Origin: Eledone cirrhosa | Lineage: Eukaryota | NCBI GenBank assembly: GCA_964016885.1 | Contig: OZ024753.1 | Location: 25,110,001 to 25,174,000, forward strand | Direction: 5' to 3' | DNA length: 64,000 bases | Part shown: one piece after another, positions 32,401-47,500 of the stretch | Layout: each line of letters opens with the position of its first letter | Position numbering within the stretch: position 1 is the first letter of the stretch | Made by a program: the position numbers and the translations under genes | Notes under the pieces: model-generated | Databases searched by the model: none | What the model was told of the DNA's origin: nothing | Seen by the model: only the letters and a program-made list of their open reading frames with translations

Positions 32401-34100
32401 CCAAGACATAGAAACATGATAGTAATAACTCCAACCAAGATATAGAAACATGATAGTAATAACTCCAGTCAAGACATAGAAACATGATAGTAATAACTCC
32501 AACCAAGATATAGAAACAAGATAGTAATAACTCCAGTCAAGACATAGTAACAGGATAGTAATAACTCCAACCAAGATATAGAAACAGGATAGTAATAACT
32601 CCAGCAAAGACATAGAAACAGGATAGTAATAACTCCAGTCAAGACATAGAAACATGATAGTAATAACTCCAGTCAAGACATAGAAACATTATAGTAATAA
32701 CACCAACCAAGACATAGAAACAGGATAGTAATAACTCCAGTCAAGACATAGAAACAGGATAGTAATAACTCCAACCAAGACATAGAAACATGATAGTAAT
32801 AACTCCAACCAAGATATAGAAACAGGATAGTAATAACTCCAGTCAAGACATAGAAACATGATAGTAATAACTCCAACCAAGACATGGAAACATGATAGTA
32901 ATAACTCCAACCAAGATATAGAAACATGATAGTAATAACTCCAGTCAAGACATAGAAACATGATAGTAATAACTCCAACCAAGATATAGAAACAAGATAG
33001 TAATAACTCCAGTCAAGACATAGTAACAGGATAGTAATAACTCCAACCAAGATATAGAAACAGGATAGTAATAACTCCAGCAAAGACATAGAAACAGGAA
33101 AGTATTAACTCCAGTCAAGACATAGAAACATGATAGTAATAACTCCAGTCAAGACATAGAAACATGATAGTAATAACTCCAGTCAAGCCATAGAAGCATG
33201 ATAGTAATAACTCCAGTAAAGACATAGAAACATGATAGTAATAACTCCAACCAAGATATAGAAACATGATAGTAATAACTCCAGTCAAGACATAGAAACA
33301 TGATAGTAATAACTCCAACCAAGATATAGAAACAAGATAGTAATAACTCCAGTCAAGACATAGTAACAGGATAGTAATAACTCCAACCAAGATATAGAAA
33401 CAGGATAGTAATAACTCCAGCAAAGACATAGAAACAGGAAAGTATTAACTCCAGTCAAGACATAGAAACATGATAGTAATAACTCCAGTCAAGACATAGA
33501 AACAGGATAGTAATAACTCCAACCAAGACATAGAAACAGGATAGTAATAACTCCAACAAAGACATAGAAACAGGATAGTAATAACTCCAACCAAGACATT
33601 AGAAACATGATAGTAATAACTCCAACCAAGACATATAAACATGATAGTAATAACTCCAACCAAGATATAGAAACAGGATAGTAATAACTCCAGTCAAGAC
33701 ATAGTAACAGGATAGTAATAACTCCAACCAATATATAGAAACAGGATAGTAATAACTCCAACCAAAATAGAGAAACAGGATAGTAATAACTCCAACCAAA
33801 ATATAGAAACGGGATAGTAATAACTCCAGTCAAGACATAGAAACAGGATAGTAATAACTCCAACCAAGACATACAAACATGATAGTAATAACTTCAGCAA
33901 AGACATAGCAACAGCATAGTAATAACACCAACCAAGACATAGAAACATGATAGTAATAACTCCAACCAAGATATAGAAACGGGATTGTAATAGTTCCAAC
34001 CAAGACAAAGAAACAGGATAGTAATAACTCCAGTCAAGACATAGAAACATGATAGTAATAACTCCAGTCAAGATATAGAAACATGATAGTAATAACTCCA
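29460..34100. repeat. Tandem duplication, period 2313 bp (68 monomers +1), containing a nested 340-bp (10-monomer) duplication
   Basis: ORF-track pairs lie at 29617/31930, 30360/32673 and 31176/33489. The +1 monomers are at 31281/33594. ACAGGAAAGTATT at 30781 and 31121 gives the 340-bp sub-period. Confidence 0.9.
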
Positions 34101-37100
34101 GTCAAGACATAGAAACATGATAGTAATAACTCCAGTCAAGACATAGAAACATGATAGTAATAACTCCAGCCAAGACATAGAAACATGATAGTAATAACTC
34201 CCGCCAAGATATAGAAACATGATAGTAATAACTCCAACCAAGACATAGAAACATGATAGTAAGAACTCCAACCAAGATATAGAAACAGGATAGTAATAAC
34301 TCCAGTCAAGACATAGAAACATGATAGTAATAACTCCACTCAAGACATAGAAACATGATAGTAATAACTCCAACCAAGACATGGAAACATGATAGTAATA
34401 ACTCCAACCAAGATATAGAAACATGATAGTAATAACTCCAGTCAAGACATAGAAACATGATAGTAATAACTCCAACCAAGATATAGAAACAAGATAGTAA
34501 TAACTCCAGTCAAGACATAGTAACAGGATAGTAATAACTCCAACCAAGATATAGAAACAGGATAGTAATAACTCCAGCAAAGACATAGAAACAGGAAAGT
34601 ATTAACTCCAGTCAAGACATAGAAACATGATAGTAATAACTCCAGTCAAGACATAGAAACATGATAGTAATAACTCCAGTCAAGCCATAGAAGCATGATA
34701 GTAATAACTCCAGTAAAGACATAGAAACATGATAGTAATAACTCCAACCAAGATATAGAAACATGATAGTAATAACTCCAGCCAAGACATAGAAACATGA
34801 TAGTAATAACTCCAGACAAGATACAGAAACATGATAGTAATAACTCCAGTCAAGACATAGAAACATGATAGTAATAACTCCAGTCACGACGTCGAAACAG
34901 GATAGTAATAACTCGTGCCAAGATATAGAAACAGGATAGTAATAACTCCAACCAAGACATAGAAACAGGATAGTAATAACTCCAACAAAGACATAGAAAC
35001 AGGATAGTAATAACTCCAACCAAGACATTAGAAACATGATAGTAATAACTCCAACCAAGACATATAAACATGATAGTAATAACTCCAACCAAGATATAGA
35101 AACAGGATAGTAATAACTCCAGTCAAGACATAGTAACAGGATAGTAATAACTCCAACCAATATATAGAAACAGGATAGTAATAACTCCAACCAAAATAGA
35201 GAAACAGGATAGTAATAACTCCAACCAAAATATAGAAACGGGATAGTAATAACTCCAGTCAAGACATAGAAACAGGATAGTAATAACTCCAACCAAGACA
35301 TACAAACATGATAGCAATAACTTCAGCAAAGACATAGCAACAGCATAGTAATAACTCCAACCAAGACATAGAAACATGATAGTAATAACTCCAACCAAGA
35401 TATAGAAACGGGATTGTAATAGTTCCAACCAAGACAAAGAAACAGGATAGTAATAACTCCAGTCAAGACATAGAAACATGATAGTAATAACTCCAGTCAA
35501 GATATAGAAACATGATAGTAATAACTCCAGTCAAGACATAGAAACATGATAGTAATAACTCCAGTCAAGACATAGAAACATGATAGTAATAACTCCAGCC
35601 AAGACATAGAAACATGATAGTAATAACTCCCGCCAAGATATAGAAACATGATATTAATAACTCCAGTCAAGACATAGAAACATGATAGTAATAACTCCAG
35701 TCAAGACATAGAAACATGATAGTAATAACTCCAGTCAAGATATAGAAACATGATAGTAATAACTCCAACCAAGCCATAGAAACATGATAGTAATAAGTCG
35801 AACCAAAATATAGAAACATGATAGGAACAACTCCAACCAAGATATAGAAACATGATAGTAATAACTCCAACCAAAATATAGAAACATGATAGTAATAACT
35901 CAAACCAAGACATAGAAACATGATAGTAATAACTCCAACCAAGACATAGAAACAGGATAGTAATAACTCCAACCAAGATATAGGAATAGGATAGTAATAA
36001 CTCCAACCAAAATATTGAAACATGATAGTAATAACGCCAACCAAGATATAGAAACAGGATAGTAATAACTCCAACCAAGACATAGAAACAGGATAGTAAT
36101 AACTCCAGACAAGACATAGAAACAGGATAGTAATAACTCCAGATAAGACATAGAAACAGGATAGTAATAACTCCAGACATGACATAGAAACATGATAGTA
36201 ATAACTCCAACCAAGATATAGAAACATGATAATAATAACTCCAACCAAGTTATAGAAACAGGATAGTAATAACTCCAGCAAAGACATAGAAACAGGAAAG
36301 TATTAACTCCAGTCAAGACATAGAAACATGATAGTAATAACTCCAGTCAAGACATAGAAACATGATAGTAATAACTCCAACCAAGACATGGAAACATGAT
36401 AGTAATAACTCCAACCAAGATATAGAAACATGATAGTAATAACTCCAGTCAAGACATAGAAACATGATAGTAATAACTCCAACCAAGATATAGAAACAAG
36501 ATAGTAATAACTCCAGTCAAGACATAGTAACAGGATAGTAATAACTCCAACCAAGATATAGAAACAGGATAGTAATAACTCCAGCAAAGACATAGAAACA
36601 GGAAAGTATTAACACCAGTCAAGACATAGAAACATGATAGTAATAACTCCAGTCAAGACATAGAAACATGATAGTAATAACTCCAGTCAAGCCATAGAAG
36701 CATGATAGTAATAACTCCAGTAAAGACATAGAAACATGATAGTAATAACTCCAACCAAGATATAGAAACATGATAGTAATAACTCCAGCCAAGACATAGA
36801 AACATGATAGTAATAACTCCAGACAAGATACAGAAACATGATAGTAATAACTCCAGTCAAGACATAGAAACATGATAGTAATAACTCCAGTCACGACGTC
36901 GAAACAGGATAGTAATAACTCGTGCCAAGATATAGAAACAGGATAGTAATAACTCCAACCAAGACATAGAAACAGGATAGTAATAACTCCAACAAAGACA
37001 TAGAAACAGGATAGTAATAACTCCAACCAAGACATTAGAAACATGATAGTAATAACTCCAACCAAGACATATAAACATGATAGTAATAACTCCAACCAAG

Positions 37101-37639
37101 ATATAGAAACAGGATAGTAATAACTCCAGTCAAGACATAGTAACAGGATAGTAATAACTCCAACCAATATATAGAAACAGGATAGTAATAACTCCAACCA
37201 AAATATAGAAACGGGATAGTAATAACTCCAGTCAAGACATAGAAACAGGATAGTAATAACTCCAACCAAGACATACAAACATGATAGTAATAACTTCAGC
37301 AAAGACATAGCAACAGCATAGTAATAACTCCAACCAAGACATAGAAACATGATAGTAATAACTCCAACCAAGATATAGAAACGGGATTGTAATAGTTCCA
37401 ACCAAGACAAAGAAACAGGATAGTAATAACTCCAGTCGAGACATAGAAACATGATAGTAATAACTCCAGTCAAGATATAGAAACATGATAGTAATAACTC
37501 CAGTCAAGACATAGAAACATGATAGTAATAACTCCAGTCAAGACATAGAAACATGATAGTAATAACTCCAGCCAAGACATAGAAACATGATAGTAATAAC
37601 TCCCGCCAAGATATAGAAACGTGATATTAATAACTCCAG

Positions 37640-40600
37640 TCAAGACATAGAAACATGATAGTAATAACTCCAGTCAAGACATAGAAACATGATAGTAATA
37701 ACTCCAGTCAAGATATAGAAACATGATAGTAATAACTCCAACCAAGCCATAGAAACATGATAGTAATAAGTCGAACCAAAATATAGAAACATGATAGGAA
37801 CAACTCCAACCAAGATATAGAAACATGATAGTAATAACTCCAACCAAAATATAGAAACATGATGGTAATAACTCAAACCAAGACATAGAAACATGATAGT
37901 AATAACTCCAACCAAGACATAGAAACAGGATAGTAATAACTCCAACCAAGATATAGGAATAGGATAGTAATAACTCCAACCAAAATATTGAAACATGATA
38001 GTAATAACTCCAACCAAGATATAGAAACAGGATAGTAATAACTCCAACCAAGACATAGAAACAGGATAGTAATAACTCCAGACAAGACATAGAAACAGGA
38101 TAGTAATAACTCCAGATAAGACATAGAAACAGGATAGTAATAACTCCAGACATGACATAGAAACATGATAGTAATAACTCCAACCAAGATATAGAAACAT
38201 GATAATAATAACTCCAACCAAGATATAGAAACAGGATAGTAATAACTCCAGCAAAGACATAGAAACAGGAAAGTATTAACTCCAGTCAAGACATAGAAAC
38301 ATGATAGTAATAACTCCAGTCAAGACATAGAAACATGATAGTAATAACTCCAGTCAAGCCATAGAAGCATGATAGTAATAACTCCAGTAAAGACATAGAA
38401 ACATGATAGTAATAACTCCAACCAAGATATAGAAACATGATAGTAATAACTCCAGCCAAGACATAGAAACATGATAGTAATAACTCCAGACAAGATATAG
38501 AAACATGATAGTAATAACTCCAGTCAAGACATAGATACATGATAGTAATAACTCCAGTCACGACGTCGAAACAGGATAGTAATAACTCGTGCCAAGATAT
38601 AGAAACAGGATAGTAATAACTCCAACCAAGACATAGAAACAGGATAGTAATAACTCCAACAAAGACATAGAAACAGGATAGTAATAACTCCAACCAAGAC
38701 ATTAGAAACATGATAGTAATAACTCCAACCAAGACATATAAACATGATAGTAATAACTCCAACCAAGATATAGAAACAGGATAGTAATAACTCCAGTCAA
38801 GACATAGTAACAGGATAGTAATAACTCCAACCAATATATAGAAACAGGATAGTAATAACTCCAACCAAAATAGAGAAACAGGATAGTAATAACTCCAACC
38901 AAAATATAGAAACGGGATAGTAATAACTCCAGTCAAGACATAGAAACAGGATAGTAATAACTCCAACCAAGACATACAAACATGATAGTAATAACTTCAG
39001 CAAAGACATAGCAACAGCATAGTAATAACTCCAACCAAGACATAGAAACATGATAGTAATAACTCCAACCAAGATATAGAAACGGGATTGTAATAGTTCC
39101 AACCAAGACAAAGAAACAGGATAGTAATAACTCCAGTCAAGACATAGAAACATGATAGTAATAACTCCAGTCAAGATATAGAAACATGATAGTAATAACT
39201 CCAGTCAAGACATAGAAACATGATAGTAATAACTCCAGCCAAGACATAGAAACATGATAGTAATAACTCCCGCCAAGATATAGAAACATGATAGTAATAA
39301 CTCCAACCAAGACATAGAAACATGATAGTAATAACTCCAACCAAGATATAGAAACAGGATAGTAATAACTCCAGTCAAGACATAGAAACATGATAGTAAT
39401 AACTCCAGTCAAGACATAGAAACATGATAGTAATAACTCCAACCAAGACATGGAAACATGATAGTAATAACTCCAACCAAGATATAGAAACATGATAGTA
39501 ATAACTCCAGTCAAGACATAGAAACATGATAGTAATAACTCCAACCAAGATATAGAAACAAGATAGTAATAACTCCAGTCAAGACATAGTAACAGGATAG
39601 TAATAACTCCAACCAAGATATAGAAACAGGATAGTAATAACTCCAGCAAAGACATAGAAACAGGAAAGTATTAACTCCAGTCAAGACATAGAAACATGAT
39701 AGTAATAACTCCAGACAAGACATAGAAACAGGATAGTAATAACTCCAGATAAGACATAGAAACAGGATAGTAATAACTCCAGACATGACATAGAAACATG
39801 ATAGTAATAACTCCAACCAAGATATAGAAACATGATAATAATAACTCCAACCAAGATATAGAAACAGGATAGTAATAACTCCAGCAAAGACATAGAAACA
39901 GGAAAGTATTAACTCCAGTCAAGACATAGAAACATGATAGTAATAACTCCAGTCAAGACATAGAAACATGATAGTAATAACTCCAGTCAAGCCATAGAAG
40001 CATGATAGTAATAACTCCAGTAAAGACATAGAAACATGATAGTAATAACTCCAACCAAGATATAGAAACATGATACTAATAACTCCAGCCAAGACATAGA
40101 AACATGATAGTAATAACTCCAGACAAGATATAGAAACATGATAGTAATAACTCCAGTCAAGACATAGATACATGATAGTAATAACTCCAGTCACGACGTC
40201 GAAACAGGATAGTAATAACTCGTGCCAAGATATAGAAACAGGATAGTAATAACTCCAACCAAGACATAGAAACAGGATAGTAATAACTCCAACAAAGACA
40301 TAGAAACAGGATAGTAATAACTCCAACCAAGACATTAGAAACATGATAGTAATAACTCCAACCAAGACATATAAACATGATAGTAATAACTCCAACCAAG
40401 ATATAGAAACAGGATAGTAATAACTCCAGTCAAGACATAGTAACAGGATAGTAATAACTCCAACCAATATATAGAAACAGGATAGTAATAACTCCAACCA
40501 AAATAGAGAAACAGGATAGTAATAACTCCAACCAAAATATAGAAACGGGATAGTAATAACTCCAGTCAAGACATAGAAACAGGATAGTAATAACTCCAAC

Positions 40601-43600
40601 CAAGACATACAAACATGATAGTAATAACTTCAGCAAAGACATAGCAACAGCATAGTAATAACTCCAACCAAGACATAGAAACATGATAGTAATAACTCCA
40701 ACCAAGATATAGAAACGGGATTGTAATAGTTCCAACCAAGACAAAGAAACAGGATAGTAATAACTCCAGTCAAGACATAGAAACATGATAGTAATAACTC
40801 CAGTCAAGATATAGAAACATGATAGTAATAACTCCAGTCAAGACATAGAAACATGATAGTAATAACTCCAGTCAAGACATAGAAACATGATAGTAATAAC
40901 TCCAGCCAAGACATAGAAACATGATAGTAATAACTCCCGCCAAGATATAGAAACGTGATATTAATAACTCCAGTCAAGACATAGAAACATGATAGTAATA
41001 ACTCCAGTCAAGACATAGAAACATGATAGTAATAACTCCAGTCAAGATATAGAAACATGATAGTAATAACTCCAACCAAGCCATAGAAACATGATAGTAA
41101 TAAGTCGAACCAAAATATAGAAACATGATAGGAACAACTCCAACCAAGATATAGAAACATGATAGTAATAACTCCAACCAAAATATAGAAACATGATAGT
41201 AATAACTCAAACCAAGACATAGAAACATGATAGTAATAACTCCAACCAAGACATAGAAACAGGATAGTAATAACTCCAACCAAGATATAGGAATAGGATA
41301 GTAATAACTCCAACCAAAATATTGAAACATGATAGTAATAACTCCAACCAAGATATAGAAACAGGATAGTAATAACTCCAACCAAGACATAGAAACAGGA
41401 TAGTAATAACTCCAGACAAGACATAGAAACAGGATAGTAATAACTCCAGATAAGACATAGAAACAGGATAGTAATAACTCCAGACATGACATAGAAACAT
41501 GATAGTAATAACTCCAACCAAGATATAGAAACATGATAATAATAACTCCAACCAAGATATAGAAACAGGATAGTAATAACTCCAGCAAAGACATAGAAAC
41601 AGGAAAGTATTAACTCCAGTCAAGACATAGAAACATGATAGTAATAACTCCAGTCAAGACATAGAAACATGATAGTAATAACTCCAGTCAAGCCATAGAA
41701 GCATGATAGTAATAACTCCAGTAAAGACATAGAAACATGATAGTAATAACTCCAACCAAGATATAGAAACATGATAGTAATAACTCCAGCCAAGACATAG
41801 AAACATGATAGTAATAACTCCAGACAAGATATAGAAACATGATAGTAATAACTCCAGTCAAGACATAGATACATGATAGTAATAACTCCAGTCACGACGT
41901 CGAAACAGGATAGTAATAACTCGTGCCAAGATATAGAAACAGGATAGTAATAACTCCAACCAAGACATAGAAACAGGATAGTAATAACTCCAACAAAGAC
42001 ATAGAAACAGGATAGTAATAACTCCAACCAAGACATTAGAAACATGATAGTAATAACTCCAACCAAGACATATAAACATGATAGTAATAACTCCAACCAA
42101 GATATAGAAACAGGATAGTAATAACTCCAGTCAAGACATAGTAACAGGATAGTAATAACTCCAACCAATATATAGAAACAGGATAGTAATAACTCCAACC
42201 AAAATAGAGAAACAGGATAGTAATAACTCCAACCAAAATATAGAAACGGGATAGTAATAACTCCAGTCAAGACATAGAAACAGGATAGTAATAACTCCAA
42301 CCAAGACATACAAACATGATAGTAATAACTTCAGCAAAGACATAGCAACAGCATAGTAATAACTCCAACCAAGACATAGAAACATGATAGTAATAACTCC
42401 AACCAAGATATAGAAACGGGATTGTAATAGTTCCAACCAAGACAAAGAAACAGGATAGTAATAACTCCAGTCAAGACATAGAAACATGATAGTAATAACT
42501 CCAGTCAAGATATAGAAACATGATAGTAATAACTCCAGTCAAGACATAGAAACATGATAGTAATAACTCCAGCCAAGACATAGAAACATGATAGTAATAA
42601 CTCCCGCCAAAATATAGAAACATGATAGTAATAACTCCAACCAAGACATAGAAACATGATAGTAATAACTCCAACTAAGATATAGAAACAGGATAGTAAT
42701 AACTCCAGTCAAGACATAGAAACATGATAGTAATAACTCCAGTCAAGACATAGAAACATGATAGTAATAACTCCAACCAAGACATGGAAACATGATAGTA
42801 ATAACTCCAACCAAGATATAGAAACATGATAGTAATAACTCCAGTCAAGACATAGAAACATGATAGTAATAACTCCAACCAAGATATAGAAACAAGATAG
42901 TAATAACTCCAGTCAAGACATAGTAACAGGATAGTAATAACTCCAACCAAGATATAGAAACAGGATAGTAATAACTCCAGCAAAGACATAGAAACAGGAA
43001 AGTATTAACTCCAGTCAAGACATAGAAACATGATAGTAATAACTCCAGACAAGACATAGAAACAGGATAGTAATAACTCCAGATAAGACATAGAAACAGG
43101 ATAGTAATAACTCCAGACATGACATAGAAACATGATAGTAATAACTCCAACCAAGATATAGAAACATGATAATAATAACTCCAACCAAGATATAGAAACA
43201 GGATAGTAATAACTCCAGCAAAGACATAGAAACAGGAAAGTATTAACTCCAGTCAAGACATAGAAACATGATAGTAATAACTCCAGTCAAGACATAGAAA
43301 CATGATAGTAATAACTCCAGTCAAGCCATAGAAGCATGATAGTAATAACTCCAGTAAAGACATAGAAACATGATAGTAATAACTCCAACCAAGATATAGA
43401 AACATGATACTAATAACTCCAGCCAAGACATAGAAACATGATAGTAATAACTCCAGACAAGATATAGAAACATGATAGTAATAACTCCAGTCAAGACATA
43501 GATACATGATAGTAATAACTCCAGTCACGACGTCGAAACAGGATAGTAATAACTCGTGCCAAGATATAGAAACAGGATAGTAATAACTCCAACCAAGACA

Positions 43601-46600
43601 TAGAAACAGGATAGTAATAACTCCAACAAAGACATAGAAACAGGATAGTAATAACTCCAACCAAGACATTAGAAACATGATAGTAATAACTCCAACCAAG
43701 ACATATAAACATGATAGTAATAACTCCAACCAAGATATAGAAACAGGATAGTAATAACTCCAGTCAAGACATAGTAACAGGATAGTAATAACTCCAACCA
43801 ATATATAGAAACAGGATAGTAATAACTCCAACCAAAATAGAGAAACAGGATAGTAATAACTCCAACCAAAATATAGAAACGGGATAGTAATAACTCCAAT
43901 CAAGACATAGAAACAGGATAGTAATAACTCCAACCAAGACATACAAACATGATAGTAATAACTTCAGCAAAGACATAGCAACAGCATAGTAATAACTCCA
44001 ACCAAGACATAGAAACATGATAGTAATAACTCCAACCAAGATATAGAAACGGGATTGTAATAGTTCCAACCAAGACAAAGAAACAGGATAGTAATAACTC
44101 CAGTCAAGACATAGAAACATGATAGTAATAACTCCAGTCAAGATATAGAAACATGATAGTAATAACTCCAGTCAAGACATAGAAACATGATAGTAATAAC
44201 TCCAGTCAAGACATAGAAACATGATAGTAATAACTCCAGCCAAGACATAGAAACATGATAGTAATAACTCCCGCCAAGATATAGAAACGTGATATTAATA
44301 ACTCCAGTCAAGACATAGAAACATGATAGTAATAACTCCAGTCAAGACATAGAAACATGATAGTAATAACTCCAGTCAAGATATAGAAACATGATAGTAA
44401 TAACTCCAACCAAGCCATAGAAACATGATAGTAATAAGTCGAACCAAAATATAGAAACATGATAGGAACAACTCCAACCAAGATATAGAAACATGATAGT
44501 AATAACTCCAACCAAAATATAGAAACATGATAGTAATAACTCAAACCAAGACATAGAAACATGATAGTAATAACTCCAACCAAGACATAGAAACAGGATA
44601 GTAATAACTCCAACCAAGATATAGGAATAGGATAGTAATAACTCCAACCAAAATATTGAAACATGATAGTAATAACTCCAACCAAGATATAGAAACAGGA
44701 TAGTAATAACTCCAACCAAGACATAGAAACAGGATAGTAATAACTCCAGACAAGACATAGAAACAGGATAGTAATAACTCCAGATAAGACATAGAAACAG
44801 GATAGTAATAACTCCAGACATGACATAGAAACATGATAGTAATAACTCCAACCAAGATATAGAAACATGATAATAATAACTCCAACCAAGATATAGAAAC
44901 AGGATAGTAATAACTCCAGCAAAGACATAGAAACAGGAAAGTATTAACTCCAGTCAAGACATAGAAACATGATAGTAATAACTCCAGTCAAGACATAGAA
45001 ACATGATAGTAATAACTCCAGTCAAGCCATAGAAGCATGATAGTAATAACTCCAGTAAAGACATAGAAACATGATAGTAATAACTCCAACCAAGATATAG
45101 AAACATGATAGTAATAACTCCAGCCAAGACATAGAAACATGATAGTAATAACTCCAGACAAGATATAGAAACATGATAGTAATAACTCCAGTCAAGACAT
45201 AGATACATGATAGTAATAACTCCAGTCACGACGTCGAAACAGGATAGTAATAACTCGTGCCAAGATATAGAAACAGGATAGTAATAACTCCAACCAAGAC
45301 ATAGAAACAGGATAGTAATAACTCCAACAAAGACATAGAAACAGGATAGTAATAACTCCAACCAAGACATTAGAAACATGATAGTAATAACTCCAACCAA
45401 GACATATAAACATGATAGTAATAACTCCAACCAAGATATAGAAACAGGATAGTAATAACTCCAGTCAAGACATAGTAACAGGATAGTAATAACTCCAACC
45501 AATATATAGAAACAGGATAGTAATAACTCCAACCAAAATAGAGAAACAGGATAGTAATAACTCCAACCAAAATATAGAAACGGGATAGTAATAACTCCAG
45601 TCAAGACATAGAAACAGGATAGTAATAACTCCAACCAAGACATACAAACATGATAGTAATAACTTCAGCAAAGACATAGCAACAGCATAGTAATAACTCC
45701 AACCAAGACATAGAAACATGATAGTAATAACTCCAACCAAGATATAGAAACGGGATTGTAATAGTTCCAACCAAGACAAAGAAACAGGATAGTAATAACT
45801 CCAGTCAAGACATAGAAACATGATAGTAATAACTCCAGTCAAGATATAGAAACATGATAGTAATAACTCCAGTCAAGACATAGAAACATGATAGTAATAA
45901 CTCCAGCCAAGACATAGAAACATGATAGTAATAACTCCCGCCAAAATATAGAAACATGATAGTAATAACTCCAACCAAGACATAGAAACATGATAGTAAT
46001 AACTCCAACTAAGATATAGAAACAGGATAGTAATAACTCCAGTCAAGACATAGAAACATGATAGTAATAACTCCAGTCAAGACATAGAAACATGATAGTA
46101 ATAACTCCAACCAAGACATGGAAACATGATAGTAATAACTCCAACCAAGATATAGAAACATGATAGTAATAACTCCAGTCAAGACATAGAAACATGATAG
46201 TAATAACTCCAACCAAGATATAGAAACAAGATAGTAATAACTCCAGTCAAGACATAGTAACAGGATAGTAATAACTCCAACCAAGATATAGAAACAGGAT
46301 AGTAATAACTCCAGCAAAGACATAGAAACAGGAAAGTATTAACTCCAGTCAAGACATAGAAACATGATAGTAATAACTCCAGACAAGACATAGAAACAGG
46401 ATAGTAATAACTCCAGATAAGACATAGAAACAGGATAGTAATAACTCCAGACATGACATAGAAACATGATAGTAATAACTCCAACCAAGATATAGAAACA
46501 TGATAATAATAACTCCAACCAAGATATAGAAACAGGATAGTAATAACTCCAGCAAAGACATAGAAACAGGAAAGTATTAACTCCAGTCAAGACATAGAAA

Positions 46601-47500
46601 CATGATAGTAATAACTCCAGTCAAGACATAGAAACATGATAGTAATAACTCCAGTCAAGCCATAGAAGCATGATAGTAATAACTCCAGTAAAGACATAGA
46701 AACATGATAGTAATAACTCCAACCAAGATATAGAAACATGATAGTAATAACTCCAGCCAAGACATAGAAACATGATAGTAATAACTCCAGACAAGATATA
46801 GAAACATGATAGTAATAACTCCAGTCAAGACATAGATACATGATAGTAATAACTCCAGTCACGACGTCGAAACAGGATAGTAATAACTCGTGCCAAGATA
46901 TAGAAACAGGATAGTAATAACTCCAACCAAGACATAGAAACAGGATAGTAATAACTCCAACAAAGACATAGAAACAGGATAGTAATAACTCCAACCAAGA
47001 CATTAGAAACATGATAGTAATAACTCCAACCAAGACATATAAACATGATAGTAATAACTCCAACCAAGATATAGAAACAGGATAGTAATAACTCCAGTCA
47101 AGACATAGTAACAGGATAGTAATAACTCCAACCAATATATAGAAACAGGATAGTAATAACTCCAACCAAAATAGAGAAACAGGATAGTAATAACTCCAAC
47201 CAAAATATAGAAACGGGATAGTAATAACTCCAGTCAAGACATAGAAACAGGATAGTAATAACTCCAACCAAGACATACAAACATGATAGTAATAACTTCA
47301 GCAAAGACATAGCAACAGCATAGTAATAACTCCAACCAAGACATAGAAACATGATAGTAATAACTCCAACCAAGATATAGAAACGGGATTGTAATAGTTC
47401 CAACCAAGACAAAGAAACAGGATAGTAATAACTCCAGTCAAGACATAGAAACATGATAGTAATAACTCCAGTCAAGATATAGAAACATGATAGTAATAAC
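37640..47500. repeat. Near-perfect two-level HOR: alternating 1633-bp (48-mer) and 1701-bp (50-mer) units giving a 3334-bp (98-mer) period, about 3 copies
   Basis: Spacings of the +1 monomer from 38697 are 1633, 1701, 1633, 1701, 1633, and the CGACGTCG monomer shows the same spacings. ORF-track triplets lie at 37640/40974/44308 and 39919/43253/46587. Confidence 0.93.
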
